Below are positions 1 to 7,695 of a stretch of 7,695 bases of DNA, one piece after another (the stretch's first letter is position 1; the number at the start of each line of letters is the position of its first letter). The notes beneath the pieces are model-generated. The model did no database searches. It was given only the letters and a program-made list of their open reading frames with translations, and was not told the DNA's origin. Position numbers and translations under genes: made by a program. The DNA is taken from assembly GCA_000004985.1 (NCBI GenBank), contig GG739115.1; one strand, 5' to 3'. This DNA is from Naegleria gruberi (Eukaryota).

Positions 1-663
1 CTATTGGCTATGAAAGAAATACTTGATCCATCCTTCAAACAAAAAAACCAATCATCTAATATTTTAAGTAGTATAGAAATCATTAATTATATTATTAATA
101 ATGATCAACTCGACACCAAATCAAAAACTAAATATATTATTAATATTATTCCTTCTAAAATGAGAGGGAAATTATTGAAGGTTTTGGAAAATGTAAATTC
201 TAGTCAAGACCGAATAGATAATATTTTAACTCCAGAAGAGGAACATTTGTGCTCATTCCTTGACATATCCACCAAGTATGCATATTTATTAGGAAATGAT
301 AGAACATTCTTCAATCAATTACCTATTTGTTGGAGATGTAATTGTACTAAAAAATTGAACAAAGTTTCACTTCTTGAACAAATACCTTTAACTCCATTTC
401 ATCCTAATCATGAAATTGAATTATTCAATATTTTTAAATTAAAACATTATCAGCATATTTTTGATTTGCTTCATTGTGATGCAAGAACTTTGGAGCATAT
501 GTTAAATAATACTTGTATGAATGATGATAGACTTTTAGATTTTCTTGTTGAAATTCTTCCCAAATTAGTGAAAAAACATTGTGGACAAACCATTCATTTA
601 AAATTGTCCACCACTAAGGATACTAAGAACACAGGAGATTCCACTGATCAAGAAATCATTTAG
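1..663 (+). CDS. Hypothetical protein, 5'-partial. The frame is open from the first base of the window. The 'start' at 4 in the ORF track is a TTG counted as an initiator; the first ATG is at 10-12.
   Basis: Frame 1 is uninterrupted for 220 codons, with the stop TAG at 661-663. Codon usage is typical of AT-rich protist coding sequence (caa, aat, aga, cca, ggt). GC is about 30%, higher than the pure-AT spacer expected between genes in this kind of genome. A Cys/His-rich stretch (LPICWRCNCTKK ... HPNHE ... HCDARTLEH) may be a metal-binding motif. I do not recognise a family. Confidence 0.55.
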   Translation, partial: LLAMKEILDPSFKQKNQSSNILSSIEIINYIINNDQLDTKSKTKYIINIIPSKMRGKLLKVLENVNSSQDRIDNILTPEEEHLCSFLDISTKYAYLLGNDRTFFNQLPICWRCNCTKKLNKVSLLEQIPLTPFHPNHEIELFNIFKLKHYQHIFDLLHCDARTLEHMLNNTCMNDDRLLDFLVEILPKLVKKHCGQTIHLKLSTTKDTKNTGDSTDQEII

Positions 664-802
664 TTTCATTGATGCTTCCTATGTGAAATACATAACAAAA
701 GTGTATCCATATTTTTTAGAAGAAATGGAAATTAAATTTAATGAGATTTTAGAGGAAGAAGGTTCGGATTCTAATTCTATTGAATCAAACACAGAGAAAT
801 AA
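602..802 (+). other. Open stretch in frame 2 (66 sense codons plus TAA at 800-802) spanning the end of the first + ORF, the whole 'intergenic' spacer, and the ATG of the second + ORF.
   Basis: It reads NCPPLRILRTQEIPLIKKSFSFIDASYVKYITKVYPYFLEEMEIKFNEILEEEGSDSNSIESNTEK*. The chance of 66 stop-free codons in random DNA of this composition is about 0.3% by my rough estimate (roughly 8% stop frequency per codon). The terminal TAA overlaps the downstream ATG as TAATG at 800-804. The portion 664-799 looks like protein-coding sequence, not spacer. Confidence 0.35.
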
Positions 803-1356
803 TGCAAATAATTCATGATATGGTTGGAATTGGAAATGAATTGAATCCGTTTTCGAAAGATGGTAAAATTTCACAATTATGGTCAATTTTTTACGAAGTT
901 CAAGATTATTTGCATTTTGATGACGAACAAGTCATGGAGATACTTAAAGATCCACAGCAACGTCACTTTATTCAAAAAAGAGTTTCAAAATATTGCTCCT
1001 TCTATGTTGAAGTTTTTGAGAAAGGTCCACATTATCTTCACCAAATGAAGTATCATTTAATTGAAGTGTGGGTTCAAATTTTATCACTCAAAAATGGAAT
1101 GAATTTTATTAATGAAGGTCTTGGAAAGTATCATGTAACAGATAATTTAACAAGAGGAAGAAATGGAGGATTGGGATCTGATTCAAGATGGGATTTAATA
1201 GCACAGCACATTACAGAGGGGTTTTTATTCAAAAATTCAAAGCTGTGGTCAGAACTTCAAAAAGTGATGAAGGCACGTTACAAATACCGATCATCAAAAG
1301 CTGAATTTGATGCCAAATTGAATGAATCTGAAAGTTTATTAACACATCACCCATGA
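802..1356 (+). CDS. Hypothetical protein, or the downstream part of the same gene as 1..663. Both are in frame 1.
   Basis: A 184-codon ORF from ATG 802-804 to TGA 1354-1356. Frame 1 is already open from 784. Codon usage matches the first ORF. No family recognised. The 62-aa overlapping ORF at 860..1048 in another frame is judged spurious. Confidence 0.5.
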   Translation: MQIIHDMVGIGNELNPFSKDGKISQLWSIFYEVQDYLHFDDEQVMEILKDPQQRHFIQKRVSKYCSFYVEVFEKGPHYLHQMKYHLIEVWVQILSLKNGMNFINEGLGKYHVTDNLTRGRNGGLGSDSRWDLIAQHITEGFLFKNSKLWSELQKVMKARYKYRSSKAEFDAKLNESESLLTHHP

Positions 1357-1551
1357 ATTGGATTTTTCACAGTACCTCTGAGTCCAGTATATCATATCAG
1401 CTCTAACCAGTCCAGTATATTCTGAATATACAAACTTCAAATGCGTAACAAAGCCCCTTTTACAATCACCTGTTTGCTTATCCATCCATTTTACAGAACT
1501 CCAATCAGAAGTAGATAATGGAGGCATTGTTCTACCAGGAATGGTCTTGAA
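1339..1551 (-). CDS. C-terminal fragment (70 codons plus stop) of a minus-strand gene whose body lies in the unresolved gap.
   Basis: The reverse-strand frame is open from the gap edge (1551) down to TAA (the reverse complement of 1339-1341). It reads FKTIPGRTMPPLSTSDWSSVKWMDKQTGDCKRGFVTHLKFVYSEYTGLVRADMIYWTQRYCEKSNSWVMC*. Local GC is about 38%, markedly above the window average, as expected for coding sequence in an AT-rich genome. The supplied track lists only the inner 62-aa part, starting at Met. Confidence 0.5.
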   Translation of the reverse strand, partial: FKTIPGRTMPPLSTSDWSSVKWMDKQTGDCKRGFVTHLKFVYSEYTGLVRADMIYWTQRYCEKSNSWVMC

Positions 1552-4500
1552 NNNNNNNNNNNNNNNNNNNNNNNNNNNNNNNNNNNNNNNNNNNNNNNNN
1601 NNNNNNNNNNNNNNNNNNNNNNNNNNNNNNNNNNNNNNNNNNNNNNNNNNNNNNNNNNNNNNNNNNNNNNNNNNNNNNNNNNNNNNNNNNNNNNNNNNNN
1701 NNNNNNNNNNNNNNNNNNNNNNNNNNNNNNNNNNNNNNNNNNNNNNNNNNNNNNNNNNNNNNNNNNNNNNNNNNNNNNNNNNNNNNNNNNNNNNNNNNNN
1801 NNNNNNNNNNNNNNNNNNNNNNNNNNNNNNNNNNNNNNNNNNNNNNNNNNNNNNNNNNNNNNNNNNNNNNNNNNNNNNNNNNNNNNNNNNNNNNNNNNNN
1901 NNNNNNNNNNNNNNNNNNNNNNNNNNNNNNNNNNNNNNNNNNNNNNNNNNNNNNNNNNNNNNNNNNNNNNNNNNNNNNNNNNNNNNNNNNNNNNNNNNNN
2001 NNNNNNNNNNNNNNNNNNNNNNNNNNNNNNNNNNNNNNNNNNNNNNNNNNNNNNNNNNNNNNNNNNNNNNNNNNNNNNNNNNNNNNNNNNNNNNNNNNNN
2101 NNNNNNNNNNNNNNNNNNNNNNNNNNNNNNNNNNNNNNNNNNNNNNNNNNNNNNNNNNNNNNNNNNNNNNNNNNNNNNNNNNNNNNNNNNNNNNNNNNNN
2201 NNNNNNNNNNNNNNNNNNNNNNNNNNNNNNNNNNNNNNNNNNNNNNNNNNNNNNNNNNNNNNNNNNNNNNNNNNNNNNNNNNNNNNNNNNNNNNNNNNNN
2301 NNNNNNNNNNNNNNNNNNNNNNNNNNNNNNNNNNNNNNNNNNNNNNNNNNNNNNNNNNNNNNNNNNNNNNNNNNNNNNNNNNNNNNNNNNNNNNNNNNNN
2401 NNNNNNNNNNNNNNNNNNNNNNNNNNNNNNNNNNNNNNNNNNNNNNNNNNNNNNNNNNNNNNNNNNNNNNNNNNNNNNNNNNNNNNNNNNNNNNNNNNNN
2501 NNNNNNNNNNNNNNNNNNNNNNNNNNNNNNNNNNNNNNNNNNNNNNNNNNNNNNNNNNNNNNNNNNNNNNNNNNNNNNNNNNNNNNNNNNNNNNNNNNNN
2601 NNNNNNNNNNNNNNNNNNNNNNNNNNNNNNNNNNNNNNNNNNNNNNNNNNNNNNNNNNNNNNNNNNNNNNNNNNNNNNNNNNNNNNNNNNNNNNNNNNNN
2701 NNNNNNNNNNNNNNNNNNNNNNNNNNNNNNNNNNNNNNNNNNNNNNNNNNNNNNNNNNNNNNNNNNNNNNNNNNNNNNNNNNNNNNNNNNNNNNNNNNNN
2801 NNNNNNNNNNNNNNNNNNNNNNNNNNNNNNNNNNNNNNNNNNNNNNNNNNNNNNNNNNNNNNNNNNNNNNNNNNNNNNNNNNNNNNNNNNNNNNNNNNNN
2901 NNNNNNNNNNNNNNNNNNNNNNNNNNNNNNNNNNNNNNNNNNNNNNNNNNNNNNNNNNNNNNNNNNNNNNNNNNNNNNNNNNNNNNNNNNNNNNNNNNNN
3001 NNNNNNNNNNNNNNNNNNNNNNNNNNNNNNNNNNNNNNNNNNNNNNNNNNNNNNNNNNNNNNNNNNNNNNNNNNNNNNNNNNNNNNNNNNNNNNNNNNNN
3101 NNNNNNNNNNNNNNNNNNNNNNNNNNNNNNNNNNNNNNNNNNNNNNNNNNNNNNNNNNNNNNNNNNNNNNNNNNNNNNNNNNNNNNNNNNNNNNNNNNNN
3201 NNNNNNNNNNNNNNNNNNNNNNNNNNNNNNNNNNNNNNNNNNNNNNNNNNNNNNNNNNNNNNNNNNNNNNNNNNNNNNNNNNNNNNNNNNNNNNNNNNNN
3301 NNNNNNNNNNNNNNNNNNNNNNNNNNNNNNNNNNNNNNNNNNNNNNNNNNNNNNNNNNNNNNNNNNNNNNNNNNNNNNNNNNNNNNNNNNNNNNNNNNNN
3401 NNNNNNNNNNNNNNNNNNNNNNNNNNNNNNNNNNNNNNNNNNNNNNNNNNNNNNNNNNNNNNNNNNNNNNNNNNNNNNNNNNNNNNNNNNNNNNNNNNNN
3501 NNNNNNNNNNNNNNNNNNNNNNNNNNNNNNNNNNNNNNNNNNNNNNNNNNNNNNNNNNNNNNNNNNNNNNNNNNNNNNNNNNNNNNNNNNNNNNNNNNNN
3601 NNNNNNNNNNNNNNNNNNNNNNNNNNNNNNNNNNNNNNNNNNNNNNNNNNNNNNNNNNNNNNNNNNNNNNNNNNNNNNNNNNNNNNNNNNNNNNNNNNNN
3701 NNNNNNNNNNNNNNNNNNNNNNNNNNNNNNNNNNNNNNNNNNNNNNNNNNNNNNNNNNNNNNNNNNNNNNNNNNNNNNNNNNNNNNNNNNNNNNNNNNNN
3801 NNNNNNNNNNNNNNNNNNNNNNNNNNNNNNNNNNNNNNNNNNNNNNNNNNNNNNNNNNNNNNNNNNNNNNNNNNNNNNNNNNNNNNNNNNNNNNNNNNNN
3901 NNNNNNNNNNNNNNNNNNNNNNNNNNNNNNNNNNNNNNNNNNNNNNNNNNNNNNNNNNNNNNNNNNNNNNNNNNNNNNNNNNNNNNNNNNNNNNNNNNNN
4001 NNNNNNNNNNNNNNNNNNNNNNNNNNNNNNNNNNNNNNNNNNNNNNNNNNNNNNNNNNNNNNNNNNNNNNNNNNNNNNNNNNNNNNNNNNNNNNNNNNNN
4101 NNNNNNNNNNNNNNNNNNNNNNNNNNNNNNNNNNNNNNNNNNNNNNNNNNNNNNNNNNNNNNNNNNNNNNNNNNNNNNNNNNNNNNNNNNNNNNNNNNNN
4201 NNNNNNNNNNNNNNNNNNNNNNNNNNNNNNNNNNNNNNNNNNNNNNNNNNNNNNNNNNNNNNNNNNNNNNNNNNNNNNNNNNNNNNNNNNNNNNNNNNNN
4301 NNNNNNNNNNNNNNNNNNNNNNNNNNNNNNNNNNNNNNNNNNNNNNNNNNNNNNNNNNNNNNNNNNNNNNNNNNNNNNNNNNNNNNNNNNNNNNNNNNNN
4401 NNNNNNNNNNNNNNNNNNNNNNNNNNNNNNNNNNNNNNNNNNNNNNNNNNNNNNNNNNNNNNNNNNNNNNNNNNNNNNNNNNNNNNNNNNNNNNNNNNNN

Positions 4501-6715
4501 NNNNNNNNNNNNNNNNNNNNNNNNNNNNNNNNNNNNNNNNNNNNNNNNNNNNNNNNNNNNNNNNNNNNNNNNNNNNNNNNNNNNNNNNNNNNNNNNNNNN
4601 NNNNNNNNNNNNNNNNNNNNNNNNNNNNNNNNNNNNNNNNNNNNNNNNNNNNNNNNNNNNNNNNNNNNNNNNNNNNNNNNNNNNNNNNNNNNNNNNNNNN
4701 NNNNNNNNNNNNNNNNNNNNNNNNNNNNNNNNNNNNNNNNNNNNNNNNNNNNNNNNNNNNNNNNNNNNNNNNNNNNNNNNNNNNNNNNNNNNNNNNNNNN
4801 NNNNNNNNNNNNNNNNNNNNNNNNNNNNNNNNNNNNNNNNNNNNNNNNNNNNNNNNNNNNNNNNNNNNNNNNNNNNNNNNNNNNNNNNNNNNNNNNNNNN
4901 NNNNNNNNNNNNNNNNNNNNNNNNNNNNNNNNNNNNNNNNNNNNNNNNNNNNNNNNNNNNNNNNNNNNNNNNNNNNNNNNNNNNNNNNNNNNNNNNNNNN
5001 NNNNNNNNNNNNNNNNNNNNNNNNNNNNNNNNNNNNNNNNNNNNNNNNNNNNNNNNNNNNNNNNNNNNNNNNNNNNNNNNNNNNNNNNNNNNNNNNNNNN
5101 NNNNNNNNNNNNNNNNNNNNNNNNNNNNNNNNNNNNNNNNNNNNNNNNNNNNNNNNNNNNNNNNNNNNNNNNNNNNNNNNNNNNNNNNNNNNNNNNNNNN
5201 NNNNNNNNNNNNNNNNNNNNNNNNNNNNNNNNNNNNNNNNNNNNNNNNNNNNNNNNNNNNNNNNNNNNNNNNNNNNNNNNNNNNNNNNNNNNNNNNNNNN
5301 NNNNNNNNNNNNNNNNNNNNNNNNNNNNNNNNNNNNNNNNNNNNNNNNNNNNNNNNNNNNNNNNNNNNNNNNNNNNNNNNNNNNNNNNNNNNNNNNNNNN
5401 NNNNNNNNNNNNNNNNNNNNNNNNNNNNNNNNNNNNNNNNNNNNNNNNNNNNNNNNNNNNNNNNNNNNNNNNNNNNNNNNNNNNNNNNNNNNNNNNNNNN
5501 NNNNNNNNNNNNNNNNNNNNNNNNNNNNNNNNNNNNNNNNNNNNNNNNNNNNNNNNNNNNNNNNNNNNNNNNNNNNNNNNNNNNNNNNNNNNNNNNNNNN
5601 NNNNNNNNNNNNNNNNNNNNNNNNNNNNNNNNNNNNNNNNNNNNNNNNNNNNNNNNNNNNNNNNNNNNNNNNNNNNNNNNNNNNNNNNNNNNNNNNNNNN
5701 NNNNNNNNNNNNNNNNNNNNNNNNNNNNNNNNNNNNNNNNNNNNNNNNNNNNNNNNNNNNNNNNNNNNNNNNNNNNNNNNNNNNNNNNNNNNNNNNNNNN
5801 NNNNNNNNNNNNNNNNNNNNNNNNNNNNNNNNNNNNNNNNNNNNNNNNNNNNNNNNNNNNNNNNNNNNNNNNNNNNNNNNNNNNNNNNNNNNNNNNNNNN
5901 NNNNNNNNNNNNNNNNNNNNNNNNNNNNNNNNNNNNNNNNNNNNNNNNNNNNNNNNNNNNNNNNNNNNNNNNNNNNNNNNNNNNNNNNNNNNNNNNNNNN
6001 NNNNNNNNNNNNNNNNNNNNNNNNNNNNNNNNNNNNNNNNNNNNNNNNNNNNNNNNNNNNNNNNNNNNNNNNNNNNNNNNNNNNNNNNNNNNNNNNNNNN
6101 NNNNNNNNNNNNNNNNNNNNNNNNNNNNNNNNNNNNNNNNNNNNNNNNNNNNNNNNNNNNNNNNNNNNNNNNNNNNNNNNNNNNNNNNNNNNNNNNNNNN
6201 NNNNNNNNNNNNNNNNNNNNNNNNNNNNNNNNNNNNNNNNNNNNNNNNNNNNNNNNNNNNNNNNNNNNNNNNNNNNNNNNNNNNNNNNNNNNNNNNNNNN
6301 NNNNNNNNNNNNNNNNNNNNNNNNNNNNNNNNNNNNNNNNNNNNNNNNNNNNNNNNNNNNNNNNNNNNNNNNNNNNNNNNNNNNNNNNNNNNNNNNNNNN
6401 NNNNNNNNNNNNNNNNNNNNNNNNNNNNNNNNNNNNNNNNNNNNNNNNNNNNNNNNNNNNNNNNNNNNNNNNNNNNNNNNNNNNNNNNNNNNNNNNNNNN
6501 NNNNNNNNNNNNNNNNNNNNNNNNNNNNNNNNNNNNNNNNNNNNNNNNNNNNNNNNNNNNNNNNNNNNNNNNNNNNNNNNNNNNNNNNNNNNNNNNNNNN
6601 NNNNNNNNNNNNNNNNNNNNNNNNNNNNNNNNNNNNNNNNNNNNNNNNNNNNNNNNNNNNNNNNNNNNNNNNNNNNNNNNNNNNNNNNNNNNNNNNNNNN
6701 NNNNNNNNNNNNNNN
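1552..6715. other. Assembly gap of 5164 N. The non-round length suggests an estimated scaffold gap.
   Basis: There is a continuous run of n. The flanking bases are 1551 (a) and 6716 (t). The two long ORFs in the track (1491..6722 on - and 1541..6847 on +) consist almost entirely of X and are artefacts. Confidence 0.99.
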
Positions 6716-7695
6716 TATCCACCTGTTACTATACTATCAGATGTTGATGAAAATTCAACACAATATAAATCTGATTTTATATTCTTTTTAAAATGTTCAA
6801 TTGATAATATATTATTATTATTATTTATATTATTATTATTAATATAATTATTATTAATATTATCAATTAAATTTTTAACATCCCATATTTTAATAGTACC
6901 ATCAGATGAAGCAGAAGCTAATAAATTACCATTTTGATTTGATGATAAATCCCAAATTCTATTAACATGTCCATTTAAATTTAATAATAAATTTCTATTA
7001 ATAGTATCCCATATTTTAATAGTATTATCAGATGATGCACTTGCTAAATATAAACCTTGTTTACCAATAAATTCAACTGATTTTACATTTTCTTCATGTC
7101 CATTAAATGTATATAATAAATTATTAGGTATATTTAATGTTTCATAATCTTTTAATAATGTTGTTATAATTGTTTTATTATTATTTATATTTAAATTATT
7201 TATATTATTATTTATATTTATATTATTATTTAAATTATTTTTATAATAATTATTTAAAGTTTGAAAATTAATAGCTTGATTTAATAATTCAATTAATCTA
7301 TTTTGTGGTATTAAATTTGGATAATTTGATTGATCAATTAAATTTTGATTTAAAATTTCTTGTATTAATAAATCTCTACTACTAGATAAAGAATAAAAAT
7401 CTTGTTGTTGATTTAAAGTAAATTCTGAAAATCTTTCAACTTCATTAACATTTTTACAAGTTAATAATAAACATAAATCTGAAAATTCTTCACGTGTAAT
7501 TACATTTTTAATTGGTTTAATTCTTTTATTTAAAATATTAAATGCTTTTTGATATTCTCCACTTTCAATTAATTCAAAATAATATTGTTTATATATTAAA
7601 TATATTGTATTTTTACTAATTATTATATTATTATTAGAATTATTAGAATTATTATTATTTATATTATTTAATTGATTAGAATTATTTAAATTATT
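6716..7695 (-). CDS. WD40-repeat protein with an N-terminal CTLH-like region, WDR26/GID7-like. It is partial at both ends: the N-terminus lies beyond 7695 and the C-terminal part lies in the gap.
   Basis: The reverse-strand frame has codons ending at 7695 and 6718, giving 326 sense codons with no stop and no Met (which is why the ORF track lacks it). The translation contains ...IYLIYKQYYFELIESGEYQKAFNILNKRIKPI... and ...LIPQNRLIELLNQAINFQ..., which resemble the CTLH and post-CTLH region of WDR26. A poly-Asn/Ile linker follows. Three WD40 units then carry GH..., LASASSDNTIKIWD and LASASSDGTIKIWD, and a further repeat starts with ...SIVTGG before the gap. The WD40 call is high confidence. The WDR26-family call is from memory of the human protein and is moderate confidence. 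Confidence 0.85.
6804..6863 (-). repeat. 60-nt pure A/T trinucleotide low-complexity tract ((ATT)n on +, which is (AAT)n on -) encoding a poly-Asn insert (NINNNYINNNNINNNNNI) inside the WD40 domain.
   Basis: There is no G or C between 6804 and 6863. The tract is in-frame in the - strand ORF. Confidence 0.8.
7173..7258 (-). repeat. 86-nt pure A/T low-complexity tract encoding an Asn/Ile/Lys-rich linker between the CTLH-like region and the first WD40 repeat.
   Basis: There is no G or C between 7173 and 7258. It translates on the - strand as ...LNNYYKNNLNNNININNNINNLNINNNK... Confidence 0.8.
7617..7695 (-). repeat. (AAT)n-rich low-complexity tract encoding a poly-Asn/Ser stretch upstream (N-terminal side) of the CTLH-like region.
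   Basis: The sequence is attattatattattattagaattattagaattattattatt... It translates on the - strand as NNLNNSNQLNNINNNNSNNSNNNIII. Confidence 0.7.

Noticed and set aside
515-538. GTATGA...TTTTAG looks like a donor/acceptor pair. Also 663-719 (gtttca...ttttttag, 57 nt) was considered as an intron joining the two + ORFs.
   Set aside because: The first is only 24 nt, far below the spliceosomal minimum, and removing it would break the frame. The 57-nt candidate, and a 90-nt variant ending at 752, both splice ta|a into an in-frame TAA. A 163-nt candidate (501-663) would delete clearly coding, comparatively GC-rich sequence.
661-672. Possibility of a ciliate-type code (TAA/TAG read as Gln), which would read through the TAG at 661.
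   Set aside because: Gln is overwhelmingly encoded by CAA/CAG in all ORFs here. Long ORFs lack internal TAA/TAG. A TGA follows nine nucleotides later, so read-through would not join the ORFs.
761-771. ggttcggattc resembles a tRNA T-arm/T-loop (GGTTCGAATCC).
   Set aside because: There is no D-arm (TAGCTCAGTTGG-like) or acceptor-stem complement in the preceding 50-60 nt, and the segment sits inside the frame-2 coding-like stretch. It is not a tRNA.
860-1048. A 62-aa + ORF overlapping ORF 802..1356 in another frame.
   Set aside because: It is embedded in a longer ORF with coherent codon usage and has a low-complexity, hydrophobic translation. This is a typical shadow ORF in AT-rich DNA.
1491-6847. 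Two ORFs of more than 1700 aa in the supplied track (1491..6722 on - and 1541..6847 on +) spanning the N run.
   Set aside because: They consist almost entirely of X from translating N. The - one starts at a GTG one base out of frame with the real WD40 reading frame. Neither is a real gene.
6804-7258. Pure A/T tracts as intergenic spacer, promoter or TATA-rich regulatory DNA.
   Set aside because: They are in-frame, stop-free and flanked by WD40 and CTLH coding sequence on the - strand. They encode poly-Asn/Ile linkers.
1-7695. Prokaryotic features: operon structure, Shine-Dalgarno sites, CRISPR repeats, defence islands, IS elements.
   Set aside because: Composition, poly-Asn coding microsatellites, the WD40/CTLH gene and codon usage indicate a eukaryotic (dictyostelid-like) nuclear genome. 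No direct-repeat/spacer array, transposase-like ORF or inverted terminal repeats are visible in the resolved sequence.

Overview
The window is AT-rich eukaryotic DNA. Codon usage (caa, aat, ggt, cca, tca, aga) and in-frame (AAT)n poly-Asn tracts point to a dictyostelid social amoeba or a similar AT-rich protist. It is not prokaryotic. Positions 1552-6715 (5164 nt, 67% of the window) are an N-filled scaffold gap, so only about 2.5 kb can be read. The two very long 'ORFs' in the supplied track that cross the gap are artefacts of translating N as X.

On the + strand there are two same-frame ORFs, 1..663 (5'-partial) and 802..1356, encoding proteins I cannot assign to a family. A 66-codon out-of-frame open stretch (602..802) bridges them, and the sequence between them does not look like intergenic DNA. 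They are therefore probably one gene, separated either by draft-assembly indels or by an intron structure I could not resolve.

On the - strand there are two coding pieces. The first, 1339..1551, is the C-terminal 70 codons of a gene that emerges from the gap. Its last 18 nt overlap the 3' end of the + ORF. The second, 6716..7695, is a 326-codon stop-free segment with no Met. It encodes a CTLH-type helical region, then a poly-Asn linker, then at least three WD40 repeats with DGTIKIWD and DNTIKIWD signatures. The stretch LIPQNRLIELLNQAINFQ resembles the post-CTLH region of WDR26/GID7. This gene is truncated by the window edge at its 5' end and by the gap at its 3' end.

The three pure-A/T tracts are coding trinucleotide low-complexity sequence within the - strand ORF, not intergenic DNA. 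I find no RNA genes, mobile elements, CRISPR arrays, operon-like organisation or other prokaryotic system. Nothing in the readable sequence supports a novel 'system'. The most interesting item is the apparently frame-disrupted + strand gene.
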